DNA from: Moniliella sp. 'wahieum' | Taxonomy: Eukaryota | Reading direction: 5' to 3' | NCBI GenBank assembly: GCA_003971905.1 | Contig: RSEE01000021.1 | Coordinates: 558,001 to 622,000, forward strand | Length of the DNA: 64,000 nt | Shown here: positions 39,896 through 52,306 of the stretch, one piece after another | Numbering within the stretch: the first letter of the stretch is position 1 | Layout of the letters: each line of letters begins with the position of its first letter | Made by a program: the position numbers and the translations under genes | Notes under the pieces: model-generated | Told to the model about the DNA's origin: nothing | Database searches by the model: none | The model's input: only the letters and a program-made list of their open reading frames with translations

Positions 39896-41580
39896 TCAGA
39901 CGTCCCACAACTCGGGGGGGAATTCAACGCCCGGACCGGAAACGAGCAAGCCATGCGCTTCGGGCGGGGGGTGCGAGGAAGCAGGTAAGTTTTTCCGGGC
40001 TCGGGGTTGGAGGTGGGGTTGGGTTCCGATGCGGGTTCGGGCACGGTCTCGCGCCATGAGAGTCAGCTGCTTGGAAGAGGGCTCGAGCGAGGCCAACGAC
40101 GAGGGCGTCGACACGCTTGTGCCCATCGTGCTCAATGAATAGGCCAGCGCATCCGCCGTAAACAGCGATGGGGTGTCCTCGGACGTGCCGAGCGGGATTC
40201 CCTCCCGACGCTCGGAGACAACCATGGGCCAGCGCCAGTGGTGGTGCATCGCGCGTTCTTGGGCGCGAAACGCTCGCGCCATTCCTGCGGGTGGAGAGGT
40301 AGTTCCACCAGGTCAAATGCCGTAAAGGGTTCTGGTGCGGTCCAGCGAGCCGAGCTGAGGCGGTATATAGCGAGAGCCAGGGGTGTGCCAGCGCTTCTTC
40401 GGCGGTCAAACGCTTGGCGGGGTCCCAGCAGAGAAGTTTGGCTACCAAATCCGCCGCTTGGGGATCACACGCTCCAAACAGTTGTGGCCACGCCTTCGGG
40501 TCCCGAACGGGCCAGCTGATAAACTTATCCTTCAGAGATGACGATACCTTGGATTGCCACACTGCTCTCCGGGGGGCCGAGAAGCCGAGCGATGCGCACT
40601 ACCTGATCCAGATTGTCCTGCCCGGGAAACAGGGGGAAGCCAAGGAGAATCTCAGCTAGGATGCACCCACAGCCCACATATCCAGCCCCGGGCCGTACCC
40701 CTCGGGAAAGTGGAGCAGCAGTTCGGGCGACGATACCAGCGGTCGTCACAAACGAAGACAAGGGGTCCCCGGGATAGTAGAGGTGGATTGGGAAGCATCG
40801 CGCCAAGGCATCGGCGTGCAGGCGTCGGCGCATAACGGAGGCCAAAAAGTCCAGTCGCAAGACAGGCTCGCCATCGATGTAGACGCTGATTGCAGCTGGG
40901 AGCCAAGTGCATCGGACCAAGCACGCGCCAAGCCGTAATCGCAAATGCGCAAGGTACAGTCGGAATTACCAACACATTGCTTGGCTTGAGATCGCGATGG
41001 ATAATGCGTGCGGCATGCATGTGGCGCACTCCACTCAGCAGTTGAACAGCAAAGTATTGCAGATGGCCATGGCTTAAAGGTTGACGGGAGCGGATGATCT
41101 GGCCTAGGTTGGCCTCGGAAGGGGCCATAAAGAGGTAAAGCTCTCCATACTCGACGAAGCGGGCGTCAATGTCGAGCAGAATGGTAGACTGGTCGCATTG
41201 GCTCATGTGCCGCATGATGGCTACCTCACGCAAGGCGTGTCGTGCTAGGATGCCATTGTGCATGACTTGATCGACCTTCTTGATCCTGGGGAAAGGGAGC
41301 ACAGATGAGCAAACGGGTCAGGGATGTGCGTGCAACAGGAGACGAAGGAGGCACAATGCGTACGCGACATGGTCGTTGAGTACTGTGTCGTACACCAGGG
41401 CAACCGACCCATACGAGCCCATGCCGAGGGAGCGCACAAACGAGTACCGCTTGCGGACATGAAAGGTGGCGTTCAAACACTCAAACGCGTGGTACCCCAT
41501 GGCGTCCAAGTATTGGCGATCAAATGGGTTCGATACGAGGAGGGGGCATCGTCTGTTGGCGTTTCTAGGCCAAGTACCAT
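39896..41580 (-). CDS. MAP kinase-like protein (Mpk1/Smk1-related CMGC) with a non-canonical activation loop
   Basis: GMGSYG, VA|IKK across an intron near 41364-41286, [60 protein letters not shown]. The 3' end is approximate. Confidence 0.9.
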
Positions 41581-43746
41581 GCCGAGGGTTGGATCGTTGG
41601 GGGCGATAGAGAGGGCGGAGCAGGCGCGTGGAGGAGGGGTGTGGATGGGCGGCGGGAGCGGCGAGTGCGCGTCGGCACGGAGGCAGCGCGCGTGAGCATG
41701 GCGGAGACGTGAGCAGAGGTGGGAGGGGGGAGGGAGAAGGCGAGGGCGGTGGTGATGGCGAGGGCGGTGCTGACGCGGGATGTGTTGGTTGGTGCCTGCT
41801 AGCAAGGGGGCTAGTAATAAGGCCTAACAACCATCGCCCAATCCAGACGCAGCACAAGCACCAGCTGCGCGGCACTGCTCTGACGGCGGCCCAGTTGGGT
41901 GGGCTGGGCGAGGGCTGGGCGGGAGCTGTGCTGCGCCCCGATGCTGAAATCGACGCAGATCGAGGGACCGTCGGGGCAGCGCAGAGTTGTGCAGCCGAGC
42001 TTGTGCAGCCTCTGCGCGCCTCACTGCCCCCTGCCGCTCCCCCGCACACGGCATATGCGGCGCCCGGCCGTGTGTGCTTTATTGCCGCGCCCAGGGTGTG
42101 GAGGGTCGCGGCTGGGTAGCATGGTTCGCATGCGTCATCAGTGCATCCGTATTCAATCCGTTCGCACAGCTCCTCTGCGGCCCTCTCGGCCTCTGCATGC
42201 CATGCCATGCGGCCGCGCCAGGCCGCCCGCTACATCTATATCACCGGCGCCGCACCCACCCGTGGGCACGGGGGCAGCATCCCCGCCCGCTGGGGAAGCT
42301 TAACTCCACACAGCCCAGGTGCGGTCTCTGTCTGATATATGACTCGTCTGCGTTGCAGCACGACCCTTCCCCGCAGATGGCGGCTGAAAGCTGAAACGTG
42401 TGCGCTAATAAAGCACTGCGTCTTAACGACTGCCACTGCGGCATCCGCACTCAGTACAACGAACGAATGCAGAAGCACGATGCTTGCTGTCAATTGCATC
42501 CGGAAACAAATGGCATCGTGCGAAAATTAATGACGCTTTGAATGCCGGTGAGACTATGCCAGTGCAATGTCTCCTACTCGCCCAACTCCTCTCTCAGGAG
42601 GAAAAAACAGCAACCCCTGTCCCTGTCACGTGTGGTGACGTCGATGGCTTTGGACGCCAACTGCTATTCCCGCCACCCGATCAGGCCAAAGCACACACCC
42701 ATCCACATCCCTGCTCCACTCTGCTCCGCTCCATCAACCATGTCGCGCATCGAGGCCAGGTTGCCCAACCTTATTTGCTCATCCCCCGTCAGGGGAAGAA
42801 CATAGCCGAGAGAGTCGGATAGAAAAAACAACGCCTGAGGGCATGTGTGACATGTGATCAGAGCTACTATTCGCGCTGGATCTGGTCTGCTTTTTTGGTC
42901 GAGACCTCCCCAAGCACAACGCATCCGGCAGTGTAGCGTCGTAGAGAGCGGACACCATCGTGGCACGCGCAAAGTGCAGAACGGAACCATGTTCGCCCAT
43001 TCCACACCCGCGGGTACGAAAGAGAGGGTGGGCATGCATCCATCGTCTACAAAAGAGCCTATCACACCCAGCGACGTTTGGGCCGTATATAGGTCCAGAT
43101 AATAAGAGCTGTCAGACAACAGGTCCGGGAGCAGACAAGGTCTTAACATGGATCTGATTAACTGATTCGTTGTGGACGAGCATGTACGATCCAAACACTT
43201 CGAGAACTGAAACGTACGTTGAACCCCGAGACCTTTCCCCGCCGTTTCTTGCGCTTTTATCGCGCTGACCGACAGGGGCAGAGCCGCGGTGAGTTATAAC
43301 TGCCTTTGATCCAATACGACCTAGCACGATTCTGGCATCAGCCATCGTGGTATCTCCTCAAGGAGTAGGCGCGCGCAGATTAGCAGTTGTCGTTCCCAAA
43401 GTGAGCATGCCCCACATATATGACATCATTCCGTACTGGCTCCCGCTACCGGCCCCCCCCCCCTCTGTTGTTCGGCATCAGACCCATAGAAGGCGCGAGC
43501 GTAATGCCAGGCGAGTGAACCCTTTCATCTTCAGCAACCTCATCCGCACGAACCAGAGAACCCACCGCACGGCGGTACAGCCGATGAACTTGATCCATTA
43601 GCAGGCGGACCGCACGCCAAGAGGATGCCCGGTGTCAGAGGGGGGAGGTCGATGATCGATGATGGCCGAGGAGCTAAACTGCCAATGAATACCCAAGCCT
43701 GCCGCCGCCACACAACGAGAAAAGGATCGAGATCCCAACCCAACTG

Positions 43747-45666
43747 CTACCATTCATTGCCATTCCCAGAGGCGCGGGGGAGAGCCAGATAGAAAGGGAC
43801 CGGGCAATGGGGGGCAAGGGCACAAGGTCCGGCACGGTCCCCGCACAAAATGTCTCATGGGTGCCCCGGCGCGGTCTGGGGAAACGCGCGCCAGTACCAC
43901 TCGGCGTACTCGGGCGAGTTGATGTCCATCCCGGGCGGCGGTTGGGGGGGTAGCGGGCTGGTCCTGGCGGTGTGGGGCCAAGGAGATCCGAAGCCGGGGT
44001 CGAGAGGGGCCGTGGATTGCCGCAGTCGCGGCCGTGGGGGAGGCAGTCGTAGCTATAGGGTCCGGGGCAGTCATCCCAGCCCTTGCTGTGCACTCGCAGG
44101 GGTCGATGAAGCAAGGGAGGAAGGAGTGGCAAGCTGGCGTACCGCGTGCGTGCTTGTTCGAGTTTATCGCTCACTCCACGCCAGTTCGGCCAACTTGACT
44201 TGGTACCGATCGATGAGCTCGGCAAGTTTCGGGGCGATATCGGTAGCATCTTGGTACATTGCGTCGAGGGCGGCTTTGTCCGCCGAACTGACCGATTGAT
44301 TGGGGTCAAGCGAGGCCAATTTGAGCGCCAACGTATCAACCACAGAAGAGGAACCAAGAAGCGACGCTTCCAACGCCCGGTCCCGACCCAAATCGTCGGG
44401 TGTGGGATTGGGAAGAACCTCAACATGGGTGATAGGGAAGAGACCCACTTTTCCCCGCAGCTCCCCGGTCCACCACTGCTCGTACGTCTGTCCACCACCC
44501 CGAATCACATCTCCTGCTTGGAACTTCAACAACCCCTCCTCCGGCGAGGTAAAGTCATACAGGCCCCGTACCCAGGATGAAACGACCTTCTCGTCCTTAA
44601 CAGGAGGCGATTCTCCCCACGACGAGGAGGAGGAGGTAGAGCTGGGTGACGTTGCTCTTCCCTCAGCTGGGTGTGGCAGTCAGGGGGGCGACTGCAGCTG
44701 CGGCTGTAACCGTCGGAGCAAAGGTAGCCCAGCCGGAGAAACATCGACCAGCTGGGGTTGGTTCGATCCTACGACAGCGGGTGCAGAAGATGGAGGGTTG
44801 GCGCTCTGGGTGAAAAACGGATTGGTAGAACTCATCGGGGTATAGCTGGCCGGGGTTGGCTGGGGGGGTTGGCTGGCCGGGGGTTGGCTGGCTGGAGGTT
44901 GGCTGGCTGGAGGTTGGCTGGCTGGAGGTTGGCTGGCCGGAGGTTGGCTGGCCGGAAGTTGGCTAGCTGGGGTTGGCTTGTCGGCTGCCCCAAAGGGGCA
45001 AATCCGCTGGGGGCGGTTGCGCTTCCACTGTCGCCAGCGCCCGAGCCGGCATAGTCGTTAGAAGCCCATTGGCTGCGCCCCCCCTGATCCTGCAGCGACA
45101 GGGCCAGTACTCTCCTCAATTCTTCGTCCTCAGTGTCCTCAGTGTCTTGGACAGCAGCAGGCGAAGCGGCGGAGAGGTCAAAGTCTACCAGAAGGGGGAA
45201 GAGTTAGTGCTTCCCTTAGAAAAACGGGGACGAAGAAGGACGAACTCTGGGACTTGAGAGCAGAATATGTGTTTTGGAGGAGAGTGCCGGACATGCCCGC
45301 TTTGGTCAGATCGGAGGCCCACTCTTTGATGAGTCCTAGGATGCGCGTGCGAACGGGCGTGGAGACGTTGGCAGTGTCGTGCACCATGTGGTTGAGCTGG
45401 ATGCAGAAGTCCGGGTTTGACATTTCGGGACACATGATGTTTCCGGGCACATTCTTGCCAAGGGCGTCGGCCAACGTGAGTGCGTACTCCTGCACTTGAG
45501 CACTAGGCTGCTGGAGGCGGACCGTGAGGGCATCCAGCACTTGGCGGAGAGCATGGGCGCCGTTGTTGCTGACGCGGTCGCAGATGTCGAGGTTGATCTG
45601 CCAGTCCTCAGTGGGCAGACCCGCATCGGTGGCCTTGGCGACCAGCTCTTGGTACGGGTTGGACAT
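43747..45666 (-). CDS. HSE1: ESCRT-0 subunit Hse1/STAM (VHS-UIM-SH3)
   Basis: VHS NPYQELVAKATD..EDWQINLDICD, UIM EELRRVLALSLQD, SH3 WWTGELRGKVGLFP, then a helical region and a Pro-rich tail. Intron 45245-45185. The stop is approximate. Confidence 0.9.
44854..44978. repeat. 15-bp coding minisatellite (GGTTGGCTGGCYGGA)~7 within HSE1
   Basis: Read directly. It lies between the UIM and SH3 coding regions. Confidence 0.9.
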
Positions 45667-46094
45667 GAAGAGCAAAGGATGGTGATTGGCAACAAGGCCC
45701 CGGGCGACGGCAGATAGGCGGGACCTGCCAGGCGGTCGGTTGGGCCGTGCGCTGATGCCCTGTGGCGGCTGCGGAGCGGAGCGCAGCGTAGTCAGCCTGG
45801 CTGCTCAGCCTGAGCGCTCACTGAGCCAGTCTGCGGCCATGCCGTAAGGGGGCTGGTTATCATGCCACAACCCCACCCAGTCACACTCATGTCACGTGTC
45901 CCTTCAGGATGCATGATGCACACTGTCTCCCCAGTCGCTTGGGCGTGGAGCAAGGCTGCGCCGTTGTCGCCCTGTCCCTTAACCCTCCCCTGCGCCACCA
46001 CCGTGTTCCGCACCTACCACCTCCTACCTCTCAAATACCATACGTGCATCGGCCAGCATGTGCAACGGCATGGATTGCAGGATACGTTTACGAC

Positions 46095-49000
46095 TCACTC
46101 GTTCGGGCCCTTGCGTTTGCGGCCGTTCGATTTGGCAGGCCGCGCAACGATCGGAAGGTCTGGCGTCGCGGGCGGGCAAGGCGTCGTTTTGGCCTGTGGC
46201 TTACCTTGTGGCTTTGCCGGCGTATCGGGCACAACTACATCCTTGCGCTCCTCCAGCACAATGTCGCCCAACGCCGCCGTCAGCAGGTCCAGGCCCGGTG
46301 CACCGAGAGAAATGTGGACGGACTGGGCGCGCTCACTTTGCCCCGGCAGCGCAGTTGTGAAGGAGGGGCCTTGGGCTGTGAAGAAGGAAAGGGTGGACGT
46401 GGCCTGAGCGTCGGAGGAGGGGGGCAGCGCATCGGTAAACGCCGTATCCCCATCCTCGTCCTTGTCGTTCTCCTCGGCATGTTCCACGGGTGGGCAACCG
46501 CGTCCGGCGGGTGGCAAAAGTGCCTTTTGTACCGAGGCCAGAAGAGAACCGACCGAGGGCAGCAAGTGCGCCGGCGCGTCGAACGGACGTAGCAAGGCCA
46601 AACCGGCATGGGCTTCCGGTTGAGCTGCAGCTGGCCGGGCGTGGTAAGGGGCTTGGGATGAGGCAACAACGGGCGTGTCCAGTGACGGCCCCACCAGCTG
46701 TGCCCACAGCGACGGCTGTTCTTTGTCCAAAAATTGGTGCAGTACCCGCGAGGCGGAGGGAGCGGGTTGGTGCCAAAGGCCAACACGTCCCAATTGGACG
46801 TCAGACCAAGAAGGACAGTGTCACAGCTTTGATTTGTCTGCTCAGGCGCCAGAGGTGACACACAGAGGGAGAGGACTGTCCGCAGGCGTGGCAGGAACCC
46901 TGTTTGGGTCATCTTGAGCGTGCTCGATTTGGTCTTGGACCGAGATCCAAGCGAGAGGGAGATAAGCTCCATTGTGCTCCTCTCGCTACCCTCCTGGCAA
47001 ACCACAATCCGGCCGATCATGTTGGATGAGGCGGGACCTGGGGAAGGAAGCAAGTTGATAATCCGCTGTTGTCCCTTGGCGTTTCCCGCAACAGAAGCGT
47101 GGGCAACACACACGCCCTCTAGCACATCCAGCACAGCCACTGCTAACGGGCTGGCAGCCACTAAAGTCCGTACCACGGACGTAGACGATGTCCAGGCCAC
47201 ATGGCTGACCGACTGAAGCCCCATCGTGCCCAAGGGGAAAGTACGAAGGATGCCGGCCGATCCCGAGGTGAGGGCCTGCGGCGACGCATCAATCAACGTG
47301 ACTGCACCCCATGGCTGGTCTTCCGAGGTAGAGGGCAGTCGCGGGTCGTACGACCATCCCACCGCCAGAAGTTCCCCACTTGCATCCCATTGCATCGATG
47401 TGGGTTGGGCATTGCGGAAACTCAACACCGCACCGAGACGCCAAGAACGCACGGCGCCCCTGGCCGAAGGGCGGGACGCCAAGCACCATAGTCGGACCGA
47501 ACCATCAGTCGAAAGCGTGGCAAGTCGAGGGTACGGGTCGGTAGCAGGAGCGGTTGGGGGAGGAGCAAAAGCAGCAGCGGTGACGGTGCCATTATGAGGA
47601 CGCTCGATCCGAGAGGCAAGCCTGTATCCAGGAGTTGAGGCCTGTGCATGCCACAAGACCAAAGCCTGCTCCTGTTCCACTAGGGTCCCATCGGATTGAA
47701 TTGCAGCGAGGCGGGATTCGACCGTCGCAAGCCAAGGGGGCAACGAGGCTTTGGTCCACACCGAAGAGCTTGCGTTCAATGCCGCAGGGGAGGGGAGAGA
47801 GGGCAGCAACCCTCGGTCGGACAGGTTCGGGCATCACATCGTCTTTGGCACCCACGCGATTGTCTGGAGCAGTTTCGAGGGTAAGAAGGTGCTGATCCAA
47901 ACCCGGGTCAACGATTTGGACGCTGGCCGGCCGAGGACCAGGAAGAAGAGCCAAATTCCCTGAAACGGCCAGGGGTACGCCCAAGGACGCGGTCGGCTGA
48001 TTTGAAGCCAAAGCCGGGTCGACAGCCCGGGCACCCTCGGGGCATAAATCTGGTCCATACGCAGCGTCGATGCATTGAGCACGGCAGTTGACCCATCGGA
48101 ACAGGTCACAGCGTAGAATCCCATCGACTCCGTCTGAGTAGGTGTCCGCCGCGTCGTCCCACCCACTGCTGTTTTGGCCCTGCACCCAAGATGGGCATAG
48201 GTGGGACGGGCGCAATGGCAGTGATGAAAGCTGGCAAACGAGGTGCAAATTCCTTCTTGGTCTCATTGCCTCCCCCACCTGCCGACACTCCAATCTGCCA
48301 TACGACCAGCGTCGACTCGTCACCTCCTGAAAGCACAACTGCGTCCTCTAGCAAAAGACAGGGCGCGAACAGGGTGCGGATGCCAGTGCATAGCGGTGCT
48401 AGCAACGTACGTGCCGACCTGGGCCACGCCATTCCGCTTGGCGGTTGTTTGGCTTGCTGAATCAAGCGATCAAAGCCACTAGAAGCCAAGAGGCCAGGCC
48501 AGAGACGAACCATACCATTGGTATCGCCAGTTGCTAGCGTGTCGGTGACTGAGGGAACGGCAAGGGCCGTAATAGGGTACTTGGTCGGAATCTTAACCCA
48601 GGTACGAGGGGTGCCTTGTCCTTTGGCCGAAACCAGTGCGGCCCTCGTTTTGGCCAAGTAGAGTCCCTGCAATCCTGCGGCGATCAGAACTTGGTTATCC
48701 GACGAGATACTAACCGCCTTGATCGTGTCAGGCAGGTGGACGAGATCCGTCACTGGGTACGGCTTGCGCCCCCCCACGCTCATGTCCACCGCCAAAATAC
48801 GACCGTCTGAAGCTGCGACAAACGCATGCGGAGTTTCCACGCCATCGTCATTGGGCGAGATCATAGCTGGCAGGAGGGCAACAACCAAAGCATCCTGGGT
48901 GGCAGAAAGGATATCGGATGTGCGTAGCAGTTGCGGGTCCAGATAATCAAACTCGAGGAGGGTAAACTTGGATGTTAGAGCTAGGAGACGGGCCGTGTTG

Positions 49001-49492
49001 CTTGGATGAAGACAGACCGCAACAACCGTGCCTGAAGAGATGGGCACAGGCAAAACTCCCGCGGAACGGTTGGTGGAACGAACAACAATACGGACACCGG
49101 AAGAACGAGGGAAAAAACAGCGATCCATCGTGACTCCACACTGGTGCCATACGAGACACCTGTCCGGGTGTTAATGGGATGGATGGAAGCATGCCACCTG
49201 GCGCCTTCGACGATACCGACGGGTTCTTTTTGTCCTTGCTCCTCTTATTACTCTTGGGCGTATGGGACGGAAGTGGGTCTTTCCCCTCCTTCTTGTGCTT
49301 GTGACCAGGCTCTTGGCTCCGCTTTCGGTCGGGCCTGTCGTGTGCCATCTTAGCAGGAAAAGGGGATGGTGTTACCGCGTTCTTATCTGAGAGCGGGATT
49401 GCGGCGGGTGGATGTGCATCGGTAGCGTTGGATGGAACAGAATTGGAGAGGTCCCCCGCCTGGAGACCGCCGCTCTTTCGACTCTTGGCCAT
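46095..49492 (-). CDS. NAN1: WD40 t-UTP subunit Utp17/Nan1 (WDR75)
   Basis: PVWSHDG, LATGDTNGMVRLW, HWH in an alternate frame followed by LSGGDESTLVVWQ..KEFAPRL, IERPH and LATLSTDGSVRLW. Basic N- and C-termini. Confidence 0.82.
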
Positions 49493-49878
49493 CGGCGAGC
49501 CTGGGCTGGAGGGGTCTGTCGGTGGAAGTGGTCGCGAGTCGATCATCGCGACAAAAAAATATAAGCCAGTTTCCGCCTCCGTTTTCCACAGGCTATCATT
49601 GCACCGATGGCAGACAATATTTCACTCTGGACCTCGCCCGTTCGTGTTGAACGTCGAACAACGTTGAGCGATTGAGGGTCTGTTTATGCCCAGTAGTGGC
49701 CAGTGCGAGGCCAGGTTGGTCAGGTCGATTGCCCTTTCCTTTGTGGTTGGTTGCCAGGCTTGCCCTCAACGGCCTCAAAGACCCCACCCGCCAGACGGCT
49801 TCTCAACTCAGATCTCATATCTAATCCGCTTTGACCATGTCCTGTTATCCGTTGCCATTTGACATTCAGAAAGATTCG

Positions 49879-51169
49879 TCAATGATCCCCATAAGCCAGC
49901 ACACTTGACACGAGTAGGTTCAGACCCTCATCAGCGCCAACAAAGAGAGGCAGGGCAGTATCCACAAAGATGGGGTAATCATGGATCGAGTATGGGGACA
50001 GGATGAAGGTTGCTTCCACCTCATGGCCCAGCGACTGGAGCTTTTGCACGAATGGTACCGCGGACAGCGGATACGATAAGTCCCACATCCCGCTCACCAG
50101 GGTCAGCTTTGTCTTCTTTCCTCCCGCGGGGGCGTGGCTGAGCCACGTCCAATCCCCCCGCAATGGACTGGCATAAGGATGCAACGCTGCCTGCTCTTCC
50201 TCCGACGTTGAAGCGCGAGGCGTGGTCTGGACAATCTCATGCACAAATGTTTCGGGGTCCGTTGCGCCAATCGCCCAGTGCCGCCGACTGATCACCATGC
50301 CCGAAGCCGTTAGGACAGCGCACTGTTTCTCTCCGCCGCCTTGACTTCCTCCACGGGTAAGACTGATTCCAGTCCAGGCGCAACCAATACCAGTTGCCCG
50401 GGAGCGGGTAGACCGGCGTCGCGAGCAGCTAGGACGAGTGCAGCTGCTAAGCTCCCACCCGCACTGCAATCGAATCAGGAAGTGTCAGTACGAAATGAAG
50501 AGCTGCAATGGGCCGTTGAGCACTGACCTGTCACCCAACACGATAAACTCGAGCCCGAGCTCAGTCGCAGCTTTCTGCAGCTCACGATACACGATAAGAA
50601 GCGGAGGGAGCACATCCCAAATCCCACCCCATGGCAAGAGCGTGTATGTCTGGACAACGACATACGCATCCAGTTGGACCGCCAGGCGAGAAGCAAACTT
50701 CCAGTGGAATGCACTCATGGGCGAGACGAATCCGCCACCATGGAAAGAGAGAACAACCCGCTTAGCTCCCGATCGGGAGATACCCGCCTTGGCACCTGAT
50801 ATCTGGGAGGCTTCTTCGGCAGAGGAGGGGTGGGGGGAGAGGGTGCGGGGAGATGGCCAATGGCGCCAGCCAGGCGCTGCGCGCCTTTGTCCACTCGTCT
50901 GCAGGGCCCGGGTGGGCAGTAGAAGGTGGTGGCGGCAGAGCAGGAGGGGGAGATAAGGTGTTGGCATCATCCTCTAGCACCAGATGGCCAATGTGCACAT
51001 GGTAGTGATCCTCCAAGTGCGAGGGCATCGTTCGAGCTGCGTCATGAGGCGCAGCACTACTGGACCAAGGTGTCCTGCCTCGAGCCAGTCCACTGAAGAG
51101 TCGGATCAAGGCCCAGCAAACCATGGCGCGAAGCCAGGATGTAGTCTGTTGTACGACCTCGACGCCCAT
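49879..51169 (-). CDS. Alpha/beta hydrolase of the HSL-like (Abhydrolase_3) esterase family
   Basis: HGGGF oxyanion motif. GDSAGG is restored by splicing intron 50527-50464. C-terminal IHDYP supplies a candidate catalytic His. Confidence 0.85.
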
Positions 51170-52306
51170 GCCGGCTAGTTGCGAAGGTTGGTGGTTGGCT
51201 GTTGTGCAGACGCTGAGGGGGAAGCTCAACCAGACGGCCAGGAGTCTGTCGTCGCTTCAAGCTTCAAGCGATAACCTTGCCTCCGAGAGGAGCTGGTGAC
51301 AGTTCGGCACGAGCCATACATACTACTCACGGGTCACGGTCACCTTTCGTAAGTGTGAGTGCGCTGCCCTGTTTCGGGGAAAACCCCACAATCCCCATAC
51401 TAAAGTGGACTCGCACAAGACTGTGGAAGAATGGTCTGTCACGTGACGGATCCCAATATGGTATCTGCGCTTCTTCATCGAATCAAATTTCAAAGCCGCC
51501 ACCTCTCCCACACGCGCTTCAACTCACCACCCCAGAGGATCCGCCTCAAGCTTCAAGCTTCACGGGCGTGAATCGACAATCTGTGGCGATCGTTCCTGCC
51601 ACCCTTAGGCGTTCTTGATCGTCTCTCGTTCCTCTCGTTTGCGCAAACGGTCGATCCCGATACCCCCTGTTTCCTGCCATCCTGGCCCAATAACGGCCGC
51701 ACTGGTCCCTATGCGAGTTTGCAAATAGTGGGTGGCAGGGCATATACGCCTTAGTACACACAGTAGCCCCTGCCCGAGCGGTTTGTCCATACATGTACAC
51801 CGGAAGGAGGGCGACAGTAGGAACGATCTTCTTCACATATCCATTGCTGTGGCCCCAACAGGCTCAAAGGCAGGCTTCACGGCCTGGTGCCGCTTCACGG
51901 CCTGAGCTTGTCTGAACAATGGATCCCACCGAGTCGATGGGGAACCGAGTTGATGGGAGCTATGCGGATGGGAAGAATCGGGCCTCGATCCTTCGTTTTC
52001 CATCTTTCCACCAACGAGGGGTGTTTGGGGATGATGGTCGCTTGGGTCACCGGACCGAGTGATGGATTGGAGGCTGCCTGCGTCGACTGGCTGCCAGGCC
52101 GAGTCGTTTTAGCAGCTGCCTGCGGTTGGTCACATAGCCGTGCAGTGGCTTGTCATGCTGCTTTTTGAATGGCGCAGAATTGGAGCTGCGACAAGGTCCG
52201 CCCCTCTTCCCTGTTCGGCTGAGGCTCAGCTGCAACCTACCGGCCCCACTCCCATCCTCCCCGGGCCCACTCTTGGCTCCACATCGATCGTAGTCCAGCA
52301 GTGCAT

